64,000 bases of DNA from Balanoglossus misakiensis (GCA_040954595.2 CM082576.2:12155129-12219128); one strand, 5' to 3'; shown: positions 51,201-64,000, numbered from the stretch's first letter. Numbers and translations are program-made. Notes: generated from the sequence alone by a model not told the origin.

Positions 51201-54200
51201 ATGAGTTATTAGTTACCTGTGCTTGTAAGTTGTTCATTTGGCAGGTCTCACATTATCCAGATTTGTTCAAATTGAGAAAATTATAAATTGTGTGTTTCAG
51301 AATGTTTTTGCCAGATACACTTGTACTAGTCTCTGCGTTCTATTTTTTGAAAACATAAATGTGTGTAACCATCAGAGGTCTACATGTAGTGTCAGCATTA
51401 AAATTATCCTTTTTGTGCATTTGCCTACATGTCAGATAAGATTGTAAGGTGTGTTCTGTTTTAAAGTCTCATTGGGAATGCAAGCCCCATTTCACTGTTA
51501 GCTGTGTCAGCGATGGTATCTTTGGTTACATACATGTAAATCCTTTGGGTACAACCGCATTGACTTTTACCATGGCTACAGTTCCAGGAAGAGATTTTAC
51601 ACACAAAAATAGCAATTAGATCATGTTAGATGATGGCCCGTTTAATAAGAAAGGACTAGAGAACTTGATTCCACTAAGATCAGTTGAATGTACAGCAAAG
51701 AAGTACCGAATCACATTTCATGAAGTTAGGACTTTATTGGCTGAATTTTGAAACGAGATTGCCAAGCTTGATATGTTGTGTAGTAGGTTTTTCCGAGATG
51801 AATTTTCATGTCGAGTGACAGCCAGGAGTATTGGTTTGTGTGTAATAAGTTTGGCCTTCATTTTCTCAGCCCTAGTATGAGGTCCCCAGAGTCTATATAC
51901 TGCTGTTGAATTTTTGTAAATTTTCTGAGATCAATCCTTTTTATGACCACAGAAATATTGGATTTTTGATGTATTTCGCAAGTCAAGATTTTTTTTTATT
52001 TTCTCACTCCTGGAATGAGATATGCCCGACTTTGATTTGAATTGCCGCTTTTATTTGTTGGTTTCAGATTTTCCAAGCAGATGTTCTTGTCCGATCAGAT
52101 GCAGCCCAGTGATCTACCTGATGGTTCACCTTGTTTTAAAGACTTCTCACAGTCCAGAAATAACAGATTTTCGTCGCCGGAAGCCGCTTCCAAAAATCAT
52201 ATCCTTTGTTGATCATGGAACTACTATCTGTCTTGATTTCAGTAACGGTGTTGCTGTTAGACGTTGTCATGCTTTATGCCAAAGAAAACTGGAACTTGAA
52301 AATAAGGGGTTGTTTCAGATTTTCTCAACCTCGTAAAAATGGTAATTTGCAAGCATTTATTAGGATGGGGAAGTTATTTTCACCTTTGAATCAATGTTTA
52401 ATACAGTGTGTTCAAAATGAGATCTTAATATTCCAGTTTGTATTTCTGTATGGTTTTTAAGGGCAAATAAGATAAAAATGGTCAAATGAAAAACTCCTCC
52501 AGATTTAGTCCAAGGTCAGAAAACACATCTGCTATTTGAGGAGGTCACATGACTGTATGAATTACCATACAAGGACTCAAGTATACATGGGCAGAATTTT
52601 CTCAATTCCAGCCATACTTTTTTTTTCATAAAAAGGGAGACCTGAATTTATGACAGAAGCTAACTCTGCCAAATCTTTAGAATGCAGCATTTATGGGCAT
52701 TGAATGTTGTTATTTAGCAGTGTTTTTGTTCAGGGCGGTACCTAGGTAAAATCTACCGGAGTTCCCCAGTCATTTTACCTGGGTTGTAGAAATGTTACCA
52801 GGGTTCCCAAATTCATTACCAATGTTCCCCAACCTTAGCAAAAACACTGTTTAGTAGTGATATTTCACCCATGATGTGAAATTTGTCGTATTTGAAAATG
52901 TCAACAACAAGTCTGTTTGCTCTCCTTAACTTCTTATCACGTATTCAGCAGCCAGCCAAGGTGTTACATTTCTTCAATTCACACCCGGAAAGCACTGACG
53001 GCACCATTAGACAGGTACTGATACTTTCTTTTTTTCGCTTTCTTATTTTTCACTGCATCCTGCCCCATTAGAACCTTCTAACACCTAGAACAGGCGAGGC
53101 ATAGCTCCTAAGTCGACATTGACGTGGAAAAATTAATCTCCTGAGCTATTGCCCCTTCTGATGATTAGCAGGAACCAGCTGTTCACCCAAATCAATTATT
53201 TTGAATTGTGAAGTATTTGCATTGTTTTTGATTTCAGATTTTTAGTGAAAATGGCGTGAGGGATCCCATTTGCGTCAAGATGTTCAAGGCTAAAAGTAAG
53301 TGTAAATCTCAAATTGCAGAGGGAATACTGATGATAAAGATACACAGAATGTTAAAAAATACCTACGTCAGTTTATTTTCCAGTTTGTCTTTGTGTTTCA
53401 AATTGTAATTAAATGTGTTTTGAGTGGTTATATACCCTGTCATGAAATTGTTTTTTTTAATAAATGTTGATAATTAAAATTTCTTTTAAATCCATTACAT
53501 TTAAAAGTGAAATCACTTGCGTGATAGAGTGAGCTCCAATCATCATGTCACCAGCTGACCCAAACTGAATAATTCATCCTGGACACCTTTGTCTCATAAT
53601 TTAATTTGTTTTAACTCCTAAAAGGTGAGCGAAGTGCTGCTGGACTGGTTGAGTGGGATAATGTATCTGATGCAATAGAGGCTGTCATCGTTTGTAACCA
53701 CCAAGAAATGCCCAACCCAAGTAAGTGTTACGGTTTACTTGCACTTGTCAAAAGTGAATCGAGGAGAAAGCCAGTTGTCCTCCTTCAATGAATGAATTTT
53801 TTTAACTCTGAAGATCCTACTCAGCATTGTATGTAGGTTGTAAACTTACATGGGTCTTGACAGCTAAATATAGATACTAACTTCTTAAATATTCTTAAAT
53901 GATTATGCAAACTGAATAGAGCAAGGGGTCTGTGTGATCGTCATTTAGAAAATAATGAAGCCATCCACGCATTTAAGAATTACCATATCTTCCCAATCCC
54001 TTCGGTGATTCTTCAGATCTTTCACATGCAAAATGATTAAGTTGGTACTCTTCAGGGAAATCAGAAAATTGGATTGCATTCTTGGATGCGTTGATGGCTA
54101 ACATTCAGGTAATTCCACACTAGAGGTAGAAATGACAAATGGGCAGTAAGTTCCACTAATTTGTGTAATTAAGACATACACTATGTCTTTTCTCAGTTAG

Positions 54201-57200
54201 AATTTCAGGCGTGTATAATATCTTCTAGTTGTTTAGTTTTGTGGATGTCTGTTTCCCAGTGAACGTGATTGGCAAATGTCTATGGTGGTGTTTAAGACAA
54301 TATGTAGATTCCTGTCACCTTCTGTTCTGTGATGTCATTTGACATGGTTGACTGACTGGGTGTCCTGTTTTCTTCCTGTATTCAAAATGACTCTTAACAA
54401 TGTAATATAGTGAATAATAGAAATATTTGAATATCGTTTTCCTGAAATTCTGCATACTGCCTGAAAAAATGCACAGTCTATTCAAAGCTTAGTGAGACTG
54501 ATGAATCATTGTCATTTTCATGTTGGAACTTGTACTGTAGTCATGCAGTTTATTCATCATGATTGGCTCCATGATGTAAATCTGTAGCAGAATAATAGTG
54601 CTCAACAAAGTTTTCCTTTTCCCCAGTCTGTTTCATGAGCAATAATGTTTCATAATTGCTAATTTAGTTTTCTTAAAAGGCTCCAATTCGAAAAAAGGGG
54701 AGAATTGTTAGTTATTAGCATTTAATATTATTCTGAAACATAGGTGTTAAAAGTATATGGCAGTTTCCCTTTTAATATATCACTAGAAAAAAATTCTTCA
54801 CTATACACTGTCAAGTTCTCTGTGGTTATTCTGAAATAGCTGGAGTTCAAATCAAGTCATACTTTTGTATATAAACATCTCTGTGGAATTACAGACAGAA
54901 AACAGTGATCGACCGAAAAAAAAGTCAAAATCAAATGAAGACTGACAGGCACACTGCTGATATTGAACACATGGCATTATCACATTAGAAAGCCTCAAAA
55001 GCGGTGATTACAATTTGAATTGGCCGCACAAGAGAGAAAAATTCTGTCGTTCCCTTGGTGTTTTCATCAGCCATGCAGCGGTTAGCTGGGTAAAGAGAAA
55101 ATGCAATTGTATACAAGAAAATTCAATTTGATGTAATCAGGAGACAATCGCACATCTAACAGATGGACAATTACGTTCTAGTTATCACCACTTTGCCAGC
55201 CTCTGGGTTGGCTGATTGGGGGATTTTTTGCTGCCGGAGTTGAATACCTGTTGTGGAATAACCTTGGGGGCGGGGGAACGAATCCTGGTCGGAAGAGTTG
55301 GAAAGAATATGCAACTAACCAGTATCGTGCTGTGAACGGTCGAGCATTGTTTCAATACAGTATATGGATAAATGGACAATATTCAATGTTATGTAGTATG
55401 ATAAGCATGTGTCTTAATTATTGCGATACTGTTATTTGAGACTTCAGCAATTTAGTGCTACATTCACACCAGCGAAATAATTGCAACTGCTGTCGACAGT
55501 CTAGCCAATACTCAGTATAACCGCTGGTGCTGTTTCACAAGAATTTACACCCCTTCCTTTTCCACCCTCATAAAGCATATATCAAGGTTTTCCCCTTATG
55601 TTGTGTAACTTTCATATTATTGTTATCGTCCAGCGAATGCAAATATACCAGGCCCTGTGCATATGTTCAAATATTTAGATGAATTGTATTCTGTGATCAG
55701 TATGTAAGCCATCTGTCTGCAAGGCTGCAGTTGTTTTGTCAGTGCTTTGTGATGCTCTATCAATGGCCGTCTCTGTTCAAATCTATTTCAGAATTCCTAC
55801 ATAAACAGCACCTTTTCTTTATAGAATGCTAACATTTGTTATTTTGGAAACACACATGTTGCAATTTTTACAAAGCCATCACTGAGCACAGTGCATCACT
55901 TCATGTTGAATATCGTCGCACTCAGTGTACACGAAGGCCTCACCTGGCCCCATAAATACTGCCTGCGTGATCAGACCAGCGTTTAGCAAAGTGTCGGATT
56001 TCAGTGAAATCTGCACATTTCAATCAAGTTTGCCTTGTCCCGTACTATTCAATTGATACATCATCAGAGTTACTTTATAACTGTTATTGATAGCGTAGTT
56101 CCTCGCTGTCGACATCGCCAGCAAGATCACATTAAGCATGTAGAAGCTGCTGTTGTTAATGATGAGAATGTTTATGATATTATTGATGATAGCAGTCACT
56201 GATGACATACCAAGTTGTACCATCTTTCTTTTCAGTGTATTCACACATGAATGCACAATTATGTCGTAAATTTGTAAAATCTGCCGGTACTTTTTATTTA
56301 AACAGATTGATGGGGTTTCTCTCACATGTATCATTCACTAAATCATATAGAATTAGTAGAAATATGGCATCCCCAGGCGGCAGCTGTACTATAATTGCAT
56401 TGTCACCGGTCAATAATATTGCTTGGATGATGCGAATAAACAAACTTGGTTTGGAGTTGCAAATAGGAAGATGAGTTTGCTGTGAAAGACACATTAGATA
56501 GTGTGTGTGTTGCATGTTAATACAGATGTTGTTGAAACGCTGCAGTTGGACTGTCCAGTTTGTTCATGAATACATACATGTATGTATGTCTGTCTGGTTT
56601 CTGGGGTTCAAATAAAGAGCTCCAGGATATTGATCTTAGTGTTGGGACAGAGACCTAGCAAAAGTTTTGAAGACAAACAAAAACTGATCTATTTGTGTTT
56701 TGATGAGAAATATGAGTTGATATTTTGTTATATCTGTCCATAAAATTTTGAGACCGGTATCACAAGATCTCTGTTCTGTAAAGTTCTCATTTATTATAAG
56801 TTATTGAGTATAAACAGTGAATGTGTATTCATATATATCAATCATTTAAAGCTGTCATAACGATTAACACTGTTTGACCTATCGCTACTATTCTTATTTA
56901 AAAATAGTCTTAGTGTAGTACACATGATGAGGAATTGACAAACTGTCTCAGCTAGACATAGTGAATTAAAGCCACATTTTATTGCATCTTGTTTCATTGC
57001 ACCGTATTTTGTTATCTTCATGAAAGCTCTCACTGAATTGTAGCCATGTTATATATATTGTATCTGTGTATGAAATGTTTCAGAATATTCAGATATTCCT
57101 GAAGGACTATTTGCAGAAATATTCACAGATTGTTTTCTTCTTGTTTACGCAGGTGGGCGGTACCCATACACCTTCAAGCTTTGTTTCTCATCCGCCCTGC

Positions 57201-57211
57201 ATGCAGTGTAA
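39200..57211 (+). CDS. HNRNPL: Heterogeneous nuclear ribonucleoprotein L / L-like (4 RRM), 540 aa; exons 39200-39277, 41060-41178, 42057-42144, 42865-42941, 43451-43526, 43908-43993, 45961-46057, 46452-46524, 48722-48808, 49319-49620, 50203-50324, 52068-52198, 52941-53014, 53238-53295, 53625-53720, 57153-57211
   Basis: Family motifs SPVVHVRGL, VQRVVIFKKNGIQTMVEF, LNGADIYSGCCTLKIEYAR, MVYGMDPDKMNCDRLFNVLCLYGNV, KDFSQSRNNRF and YPYTFKLCFS. The 16 exons splice into one open frame when the two AT-AC introns are used. Confidence 0.95.
43994..45960 (+). other. U12-type AT-AC intron 1 of hnRNP L
   Basis: Donor ATATCCTTTT at 43994, branch TTCCTTAAC at 45943-45951, and AC acceptor at 45959-45960. Splicing restores MVE|FDNV. 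Confidence 0.93.
44790..45901. mobile_element. Non-autonomous hAT-like DNA transposon (~1.1 kb)
   Basis: Perfect 17-bp TIRs CAGTGTTTTCTCCAGGA / TCCTGGAGAAAACACTG. Flanking 8-mers TGTCACTG and TGTCACAG (7/8) fit an 8-bp TSD. No transposase ORF. Confidence 0.85.
52199..52940 (+). other. U12-type AT-AC intron 2 of hnRNP L
   Basis: Donor ATATCCTTT at 52199, branch TCCTTAAC at 52923-52930, and AC acceptor at 52939-52940. Splicing restores ASKNR|IQQP. Confidence 0.92.
52718..52849. mobile_element. ~132-bp MITE with CAGTGTTTT termini (hAT-like)
   Basis: TIRs CAGTGTTTTTGTTCAGG / CCTTAGCAAAAACACTG (15/17). The putative TSD is degenerate (TTATTTAG / TTTAGTAG). Confidence 0.65.
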
Positions 57212-57764
57212 GACAACAACTGAAGAATCTCTCCCGTCTGTGAAGCACTTACTGGTGTCACTCGCAATCACAGTAAATCTCCCTGGAGGGTGGTGGGGGT
57301 TGGGGACTGGCTGACTACATTTCTGTATTTCCTCGGTGGATGATAAAAGGATACTGCCACATGTCTAGGTGGCATGTGTCTGGGTGTGATTAGAATTGCA
57401 TGCTAGAAACCTTGCTGTATAAACCCTGCTGTTGTAAGTAGCTGACAGGTTGAGAAAAAAAATGGCACCTTTCACGTGTACCATATAAACTGTACATACA
57501 TTAGTATATTCTGGTAGTTTTCTACAGCCTCAAAAATTAATGCTATGTAAAGGAGGGGGGAAATCTCAGATTTGTTGTATAACATGTAAAATGCATGCAT
57601 GAACTCAATCCAGTATTGTTAAACCAATGTGGGTTTTTATTTCAGTATTGTATCCCATTTGTATAGGGATTGATAAAAAGAAAATGAAGTCTTTAAAAGT
57701 TCCTAATGTTTTGTCTGGTAAACAACCTGTTGTGTTGTGTTTGCTCACTGTTTTTTCTCCCTTC

Positions 57765-57790
57765 TCCCCCCCCCCCCCCCCCCCCCCCCC
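57765..57790. repeat. Poly-C tract in the hnRNP L 3' UTR
   Basis: About 26 consecutive C. Confidence 0.9.
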
Positions 57791-58466
57791 TTGCAACCAA
57801 ATTCTCTTTTCTTTGCTCAGTGGTCGTGTTCGAGTTTGCTTGTATTTGGCCAATATTTTGTTTCTATGAATTCCGAGAGGGGCGTGTGTCAGTGGACAAA
57901 CTTATGTGATAAAAGTACAACCTCAAATTGTATATGTGTATTTGTTTTGCAAGTTCTAGAAATTTTGTGTTAAAGCCTTAGAGGCTGTCGATTCAACATT
58001 AAAAAAAGCACATAGTTGCAGTTTTCCACTGAGACAAAACATTCTTTGATATTTTCAAAGCAGATTTTACTACAAAAAATAGTATCTGAAAAGCAGCTGT
58101 TATGTTTCGTACCTGAGAGGTGCTCATGTTTTAGTCACTGTGTTTCATGTTCATTTTCTTTTAGATTTCTTTTTAAAATCATGGTAGCTTTTTCCTTCGG
58201 TAATATCCAGATTTAGTTCGGGGGAGGCCTCCTGCACATTGTGTTGTATTTTCCACTTTGAATATTGTTGGTTTTGCCAGTTGTGAAGGGGTCCTTAAAT
58301 TTACTGGACAAGATTTTGAAATTACCCGTATAGATCAGTGTTTATGAACAGGCCATTACAGCTGGTCATTTTCTCAACAAAACGTTATCTTGACAGTTGA
58401 TGCTGCTAAGAGCACCTTTATCAGATTGATATGACTGTTGTGTGCTTTTCCCTTGATTTATACTTC

Positions 58467-58472
58467 AATAAA
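58467..58472 (+). terminator. Polyadenylation signal of hnRNP L
   Basis: AATAAA about 1.25 kb after the stop codon, followed by a GT-rich downstream element (GTGTGGTTATTGTTCTTGTGTGG). Confidence 0.6.
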
Positions 58473-60969
58473 GTGACAACGTAAATGGCAAAACTTTTCT
58501 CTAAAAGTGTGGTTATTGTTCTTGTGTGGTCTGATATTTGAAGTGTGTGTGTGTACGTGTGTGGTATATTTTACCGGTATTCAATGGTGCCCTTTGCTTA
58601 GAGCTAGGGCGAGTTCATTTTCTAATGAAGCTTGCTGAATGTAGTGTAAAGGTATTATTTCATTGGAGTAAGTACTGTATTCGGGGACTATGTAGCCAGC
58701 CTCACCAGATGCCACAGAAAGTCTTTTTGGGGCCCCTACCAGTACCATCCCCACTTTTTTTTTGGTGCGGGGTCATGTACCTCATGCTGATCCCAGTGCA
58801 GTGATTTCAAGTGTTAGGAATGTCTCTAGCTGGTAGCTGGCAAAAAAATCTTCCCATCCATTTATAGTTTCTGTGTTGTATGTATAGGATAATGCATTAT
58901 TCATCTACTTTTGAGCTTCAGGTTACACCCGTGCTTTGTGCGCTATTGAAGTGTTTATAAGTTATTCCATATGTTCATTATTTTGAATAATTCTACGTAA
59001 GAAATATGTACGTGCATTCACCAATCAGAGCGCTCGGTATTTTGGCCAATGGCAGTCAATGATAGATGACGCATATCTGACCATTTTCGTGATCACCTCT
59101 AGTCACCCCTGAGGGCGCTCTACTTTTGAGATCACAAAACTGCCTCAATCTATCACGTGACACCGAAAATACATATATATGTGAATAGACATCAATAAAG
59201 CAACGATTTTGCTAACATCACTGCTGAGGGTCGCGTTTCTGTCTCCGTTACCATGGTTTATCGTTTAAATATATATTGAAGCCATTAAGACGAAAATGCG
59301 AAAAGATTTCTTTGTATTTTCTTGACTTGGTAAAACCACCATAACCCACGTACGCGCCAGGTGCAAAAGATGCATGCAATTAACTCTGACTACGCGAACA
59401 GGGTTGCAGGGAAGGGGTTTCAGATGTGGGGGACTGCTCGCCCAAAAGATAAACAAAAACGTGACACGACAAGACAAGACAAAACTTAAACGTTGACTTT
59501 TTTGTTCTTTATTGTGATATCAGACAAACGGACAAATAAAAATAAATACTTAATAACAAAAGAACATACTCACAGAAAAGCCTTTGTTAAATCTTAATGG
59601 TAATTCAAAAAATGTATTTCGGAACTATAATATGTATACGCTACGAGAGGAGACATTAGAGAAACACTCCGCGTTCACGACACAAGATATATTGTGAGTT
59701 TCATTCGAAAATAAGTTCTATGGAAGATATGATTGTGGACTTTTCACAAGAAAACCTGAACTAGTTAAGCCAAGTGTCAATGCGGTTGACTTCGGAACAT
59801 CAAAAGTTAAATGTGAAACACACCCGGTTTTGAAAAAAAAAACACCAAAACTTTAATTCTCTGATACAACAAAGGGAATTTAAAATTAATCGAAACTAGG
59901 CCTATGTGTGGAAAAGACTGTTACTCTTAAGTTTGGGCCTCACCAAAATACATACATGTACATAGTAATATAATATTGTCTTGTTCAATAGAAGATTTTG
60001 GAGTGATTTTCTACTCTTAGTTACAAAACCATGACTTCATCATTGCTTTTCAGAGAGTAGTATGTACAACGCAGACAGACGTACAGTGTTGCTATGGCTA
60101 CAAGTAGCGTAGAGTGTTCTGTGACGTTCAAAGTTAAAGTGTCGTTTCAGTCGTTCAATTTCGAGTAGAAACTGCTGAGCCATTTTCATATCGACCGCCA
60201 TTAAAGACACCAGGAAATCCGTTTTACAGAATGGACATTGCCTACAGATCCAGGTGTGAGCCAAACTATAAAGCCAGAATATCACACCCAAGAACACACA
60301 CTACATGTATTAGTATATTTTTGAACATAACGTGTGTGCAGATTGCACATACCTAGGCCTGTAAATGGCTTATCCTCTGTTCTGTGCGTGCATACATACA
60401 TGTAGGTGAGGTAAGCATAGAAATTTAGTGGATGTTGTAACCTGACTGTCTTAGTCCTCTCTAGAGCATGCTGTTATATCAAATGACGTGAGTGTATCCT
60501 CTATCATTAAAGGTGTTTCCTTTATCCTTTAAAGGGGAAATCCGGCGTAGCTGATTTCTACATAATTTGGTAGCTTTGAGGTCACTCTTTCAGAAAAAAA
60601 CATGTTCGCCATGTTTAATGTGGGAGAGGGTACTATATACACCCATACGCGTGTCCGAACATTGTCATATCTTTTCCATCATTTTGTATAATCGAACATC
60701 AAGTTTCATCAGATACAAAATAAATGATGGAGTAACATGCATTACAAGTGATAGCAGGACTAGATCAGATTACAGCTACAGGTTTTCTGAAGTTTACGAT
60801 GAATCGATAACGGATAAGGCTGGAATAAAATTAGTAACATGTCAGTGAAACCCGTCATGGTTTCGACGTCGATTACATTAAACCCCCACTTCTCCGTCAC
60901 ATAGATCTTCCGACCGGTAGATAATATCTCTTACACCGTCCAGAATCGTCTCCGAACAAATCAAGCGAG

Positions 60970-61711
60970 CTAGAAGGCGGTGTTGTGGGTATTGCTCATG
61001 AAAGCACTCGCCACCGTAAGCGCTGTCTGTATTTCTTTCTCTTGTTTTTTCACGAGTATGTGCGATTCTGTCGGAAAGAAATGAGAAAATGAATAGATTC
61101 ACTTGGAGTTAAGTGGAATCTGGTATTGCTGAACTGTGGACAAAATGTGCAAAAAATGTGATTTCGTACTTTATTTTTCTTCATTGTCAGAGGCTATTAT
61201 CCTGCAACTTTTCATTCTACATGATTATGTTAATTATAGAATAGTGTTAAGATACGTTTCATGAATTGGGGCTTTAATTACGAAGGTGTTTTGGGAATCT
61301 AGGGGCTATTATCGTCGATCTACAAAGAGTCGAAGTTTCCTACTTTCTGTCAACGTTTTAATGGTGGAGGCAAGCAGTCGACAACTATAATCAAAACCTG
61401 GGTATAAGACCGATGTTCGATGAAACTGGAAAACCGCTCGTGAGTATTATTCAAGTCATATTTGTCGTCTTTATACGATAATTCGTCCTCGTTGCAACAA
61501 TCAGGAGCTGGGCGGTACTTACTAGCAACCTGCAGCATGAGAATTCCCCAGGCGATACTCCAAAACCAACCGACCAGTAGAAACGTGATGGTCATGAGCT
61601 GAGAGATTCCCACCCAAAGATTGGTGCACACTTGGTCCGTGATCTCGTCTTTTTTGCTGTGGTCCTGTGGGCTACTGCAGCAAAACAACGTGAAACCTGA
61701 AATGATAGTCC
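60970..61711 (-). CDS. STUM: stum (stumble)/SPEC3-family membrane protein, last two coding exons (61711-61523, 61067-60970); no 5' exon found in the window
   Basis: GTIISGFTLFCC...NLWVGISQLMTITFLLVGWFWSIAWGILML matches the recalled Stum signature (VGWxWSIxWG). Phase-1 junctions lead to KSHILVKKQEKEIQ...TAF*. Confidence 0.82.
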
Positions 61712-62920
61712 CTGTAGGATAAAATAAGAAAATCGTGTCAAGAAATATTGGTGTGGACGAAGAGTAAATAGACCGCCTGTTCACTCTGGTGACAGTACGA
61801 TAAAACGCGTCCCATCACATCTTGCCAAACCGTAAAACCAACCTTTTCAAAGCTCTTTGAGTATTGCAAAGAAAGATCACTTCGCTGAAAGTTACAAAAA
61901 GGAGGGGTTGCTTTACTTTCTACTTAATCAAATAATTTAAGAGACGCTTCGCAAATGGGATGAGAATTGTACCACTTGTTCTGCCAGACATTTGCTTGGC
62001 ATAGAGGGCGCTGTAGACCAATTTCACAGACATCAACGTTCAGTTGGGCGAATGACCGAAACAACTGAGTCATCGGCCAGCGATGGAAAATGCTCAGTGT
62101 CTTTCCCATATAATTTGTCAATGGGTAAATAAACACTCCACCCAATGGAAAGTCATCCCACGGGGAAAAAACACTTCCTTCCTTTGAATGATGATATCCA
62201 CTTCATCAAGATGCGTCATTTTTTACATTAGAAATTGCTTCAATAGCCGCGTCGGGTCTATGGTTACACTTCTTTTCCCGTGTATACCCGCTGGTGTAAT
62301 CTAACAATATTACAAATGGACGTTTAGTATATTGACAGTCCCTCCCCACACAAGGCTCGTGATTGACTAGCCATGTAATGAACTCGTCCCTGCAGTCATT
62401 TTAGAGCCCACGAGACGTTTTATCTTGCTACCTGCGTTATTCAAATAATCAGATCACTTTCCTCAAAAATGGCGGTTGCTGTTAACGACAATTTCGACAC
62501 TAGCGTTGTGTGATTAATTTTGACAATATTAAGTGAATGAACGAACCGAAAAAAACATCGTTTCATTTTCCGTTGGCTTAGCAACGGAAGCACCGACGGA
62601 AACAGTCAGCTAATGTAATATATTTGTTTACAAGAAATGTTCTGCGTTGGATCAATTAAGGAGAGATGTTCCTTTCTTGAACTAACGGAGGGTTTTGCCA
62701 TTAGCCCTATGGCTGAAATCTGTTTTGATGGCATTCACATTTGATATTGATCCGTTGTTAAATGATTTTGGTGAATCGTCATTTTACAGTTTCATCATTC
62801 ATGCAACGAAGCATGATAATTCATGTCAAACGGTGATTCTATAAAAACAATATAATAACCGGTGATTATCGTATATAGTATTCTCATTATGCTCTCTTTC
62901 TCTATGTCTGTCTCTGCCTA

Positions 62921-62963
62921 ATCATCATCATCATCATCACCATTACCGCCACCGCCACCACCA
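62921..62963. repeat. (ATC)n/(ACC)n microsatellite
   Basis: atcatcatcatcatcatcaccattaccgccaccgccaccacca. Confidence 0.75.
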
Positions 62964-64000
62964 AACTTCATACGGGGATTTTGCGTTGGCGTGTCACGAA
63001 AGGACACATCATCCATTTCCATGTTCCGTCCCATCAAACCCGTTATTTATGAATGTTCCGAAATGAAATCACGTCCCGCAGCGATCCTGGATTGTTGTAT
63101 CCAAGGCCTAAGTAATTACTCTAGTGGACGCTGAAACTTTCGCCATGACAACGTTATACTCGTAGCCAATCTACCCTCTCTTCCATCACCTTTTATTCAT
63201 CACACTTTATGAGAGGCGAATCGACGGAATATAAACCACAATTCCGCTAACTGTTTTTAATATCGATCTGCGATGTACAATCTGCCAGCATGGTTTAACG
63301 ACTTACACAGTTTCCTTCTTAGGGCGATATCGAATGATGCTAGGTAACGGTGTGGAGGAAGAATTGTTGACAATCAACTAAAAACAACTTTAATTGTTTT
63401 ATTTGAATAAGAAATAATATAGGACCAAATGAACCGAACAGACCCAGATTTTCATGACGATTTCGAAAGATATCACGCATATTAATGCGGACAATTAAAG
63501 CGACTAAGCTCCTATAAATACTCACCTAGTTATTTAAAATTTCTTACACGAGATACCTTTTCAGATTCCCTAGCATGGAAGATCAGTTATCTATACAGGC
63601 ATAGAAACGGTATTTGAAATAATGAATATTCGCTCTTGCATGTTACGAAATGTTTGAGCATGGTATGTCCTCGTTTCTACGCGATATCTGATATGAAAAT
63701 TGTAAATGCATCCTTCACAAACCGATTTAGAAAAAGAATCACGCCATGTTTGACGAGAGGCCCAATCACGAGGACGACTGTAAAATTCAAGCAGTATAGG
63801 TACACTAATGAGTGTGTTGACGGTCATCATAGCGCCTCTGTACGCAGTACCGTGACACACGACGACGTGAAAACAAAACGTCGCCTATTAGCGGAATGCT
63901 CGGGAGTCGTTTCACGAGAGGAAACCGCGGGTCGCCAGGGGAACCGGGCAGAAAAGAAGGGACCCCTTTCACTTCATTGTCTTCACTGCCGCCGTTGCCA

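Noticed and set aside
57605-57973. Poly-Pro and poly-Gly ORFs
   Set aside because: Caused by the poly-C tract in the hnRNP L 3' UTR.
60878-61102. 74-aa minus ORF as the last stum exon
   Set aside because: Wrong frame. The phase-1 junction at 61067 gives KSHILVKK...TAF* ending at 60970.

Overview
Eukaryotic (animal) genomic DNA. Spliceosomal introns, microsatellites, MITEs and mosaic CpG depletion fit an invertebrate, possibly a non-vertebrate deuterostome; the taxon is an inference. The left ~27 kb is a tandem, same-strand (minus) array of six uncharacterised GC-rich genes spaced about 4-6 kb apart. Five have single-exon CDSs encoding basic, disordered proteins that share one ~45-aa coiled-coil motif (N..S....E..L.K+..EL...H...M..HQ.E..EL+.FL..VQ, weakly CCDC190-like) plus many RRxS and LPx[IL] motifs. 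The sixth has two coding exons and shares the short motifs but not the coiled coil. Next come GALM (7 coding exons, minus), a divergently transcribed 2OG-Fe(II) dioxygenase (6 coding exons, plus) and an hnRNP L/LL orthologue (16 coding exons, plus). The hnRNP L gene has two AT-AC U12 minor-spliceosome introns, each carrying a CAGTGTTTT-ended (hAT-like) element just upstream of its branch point. The 3' exons of a stum/SPEC3-family membrane protein gene (minus) close the window. Exon boundaries were read by hand; homology calls come from recalled family motifs, not from database searches.
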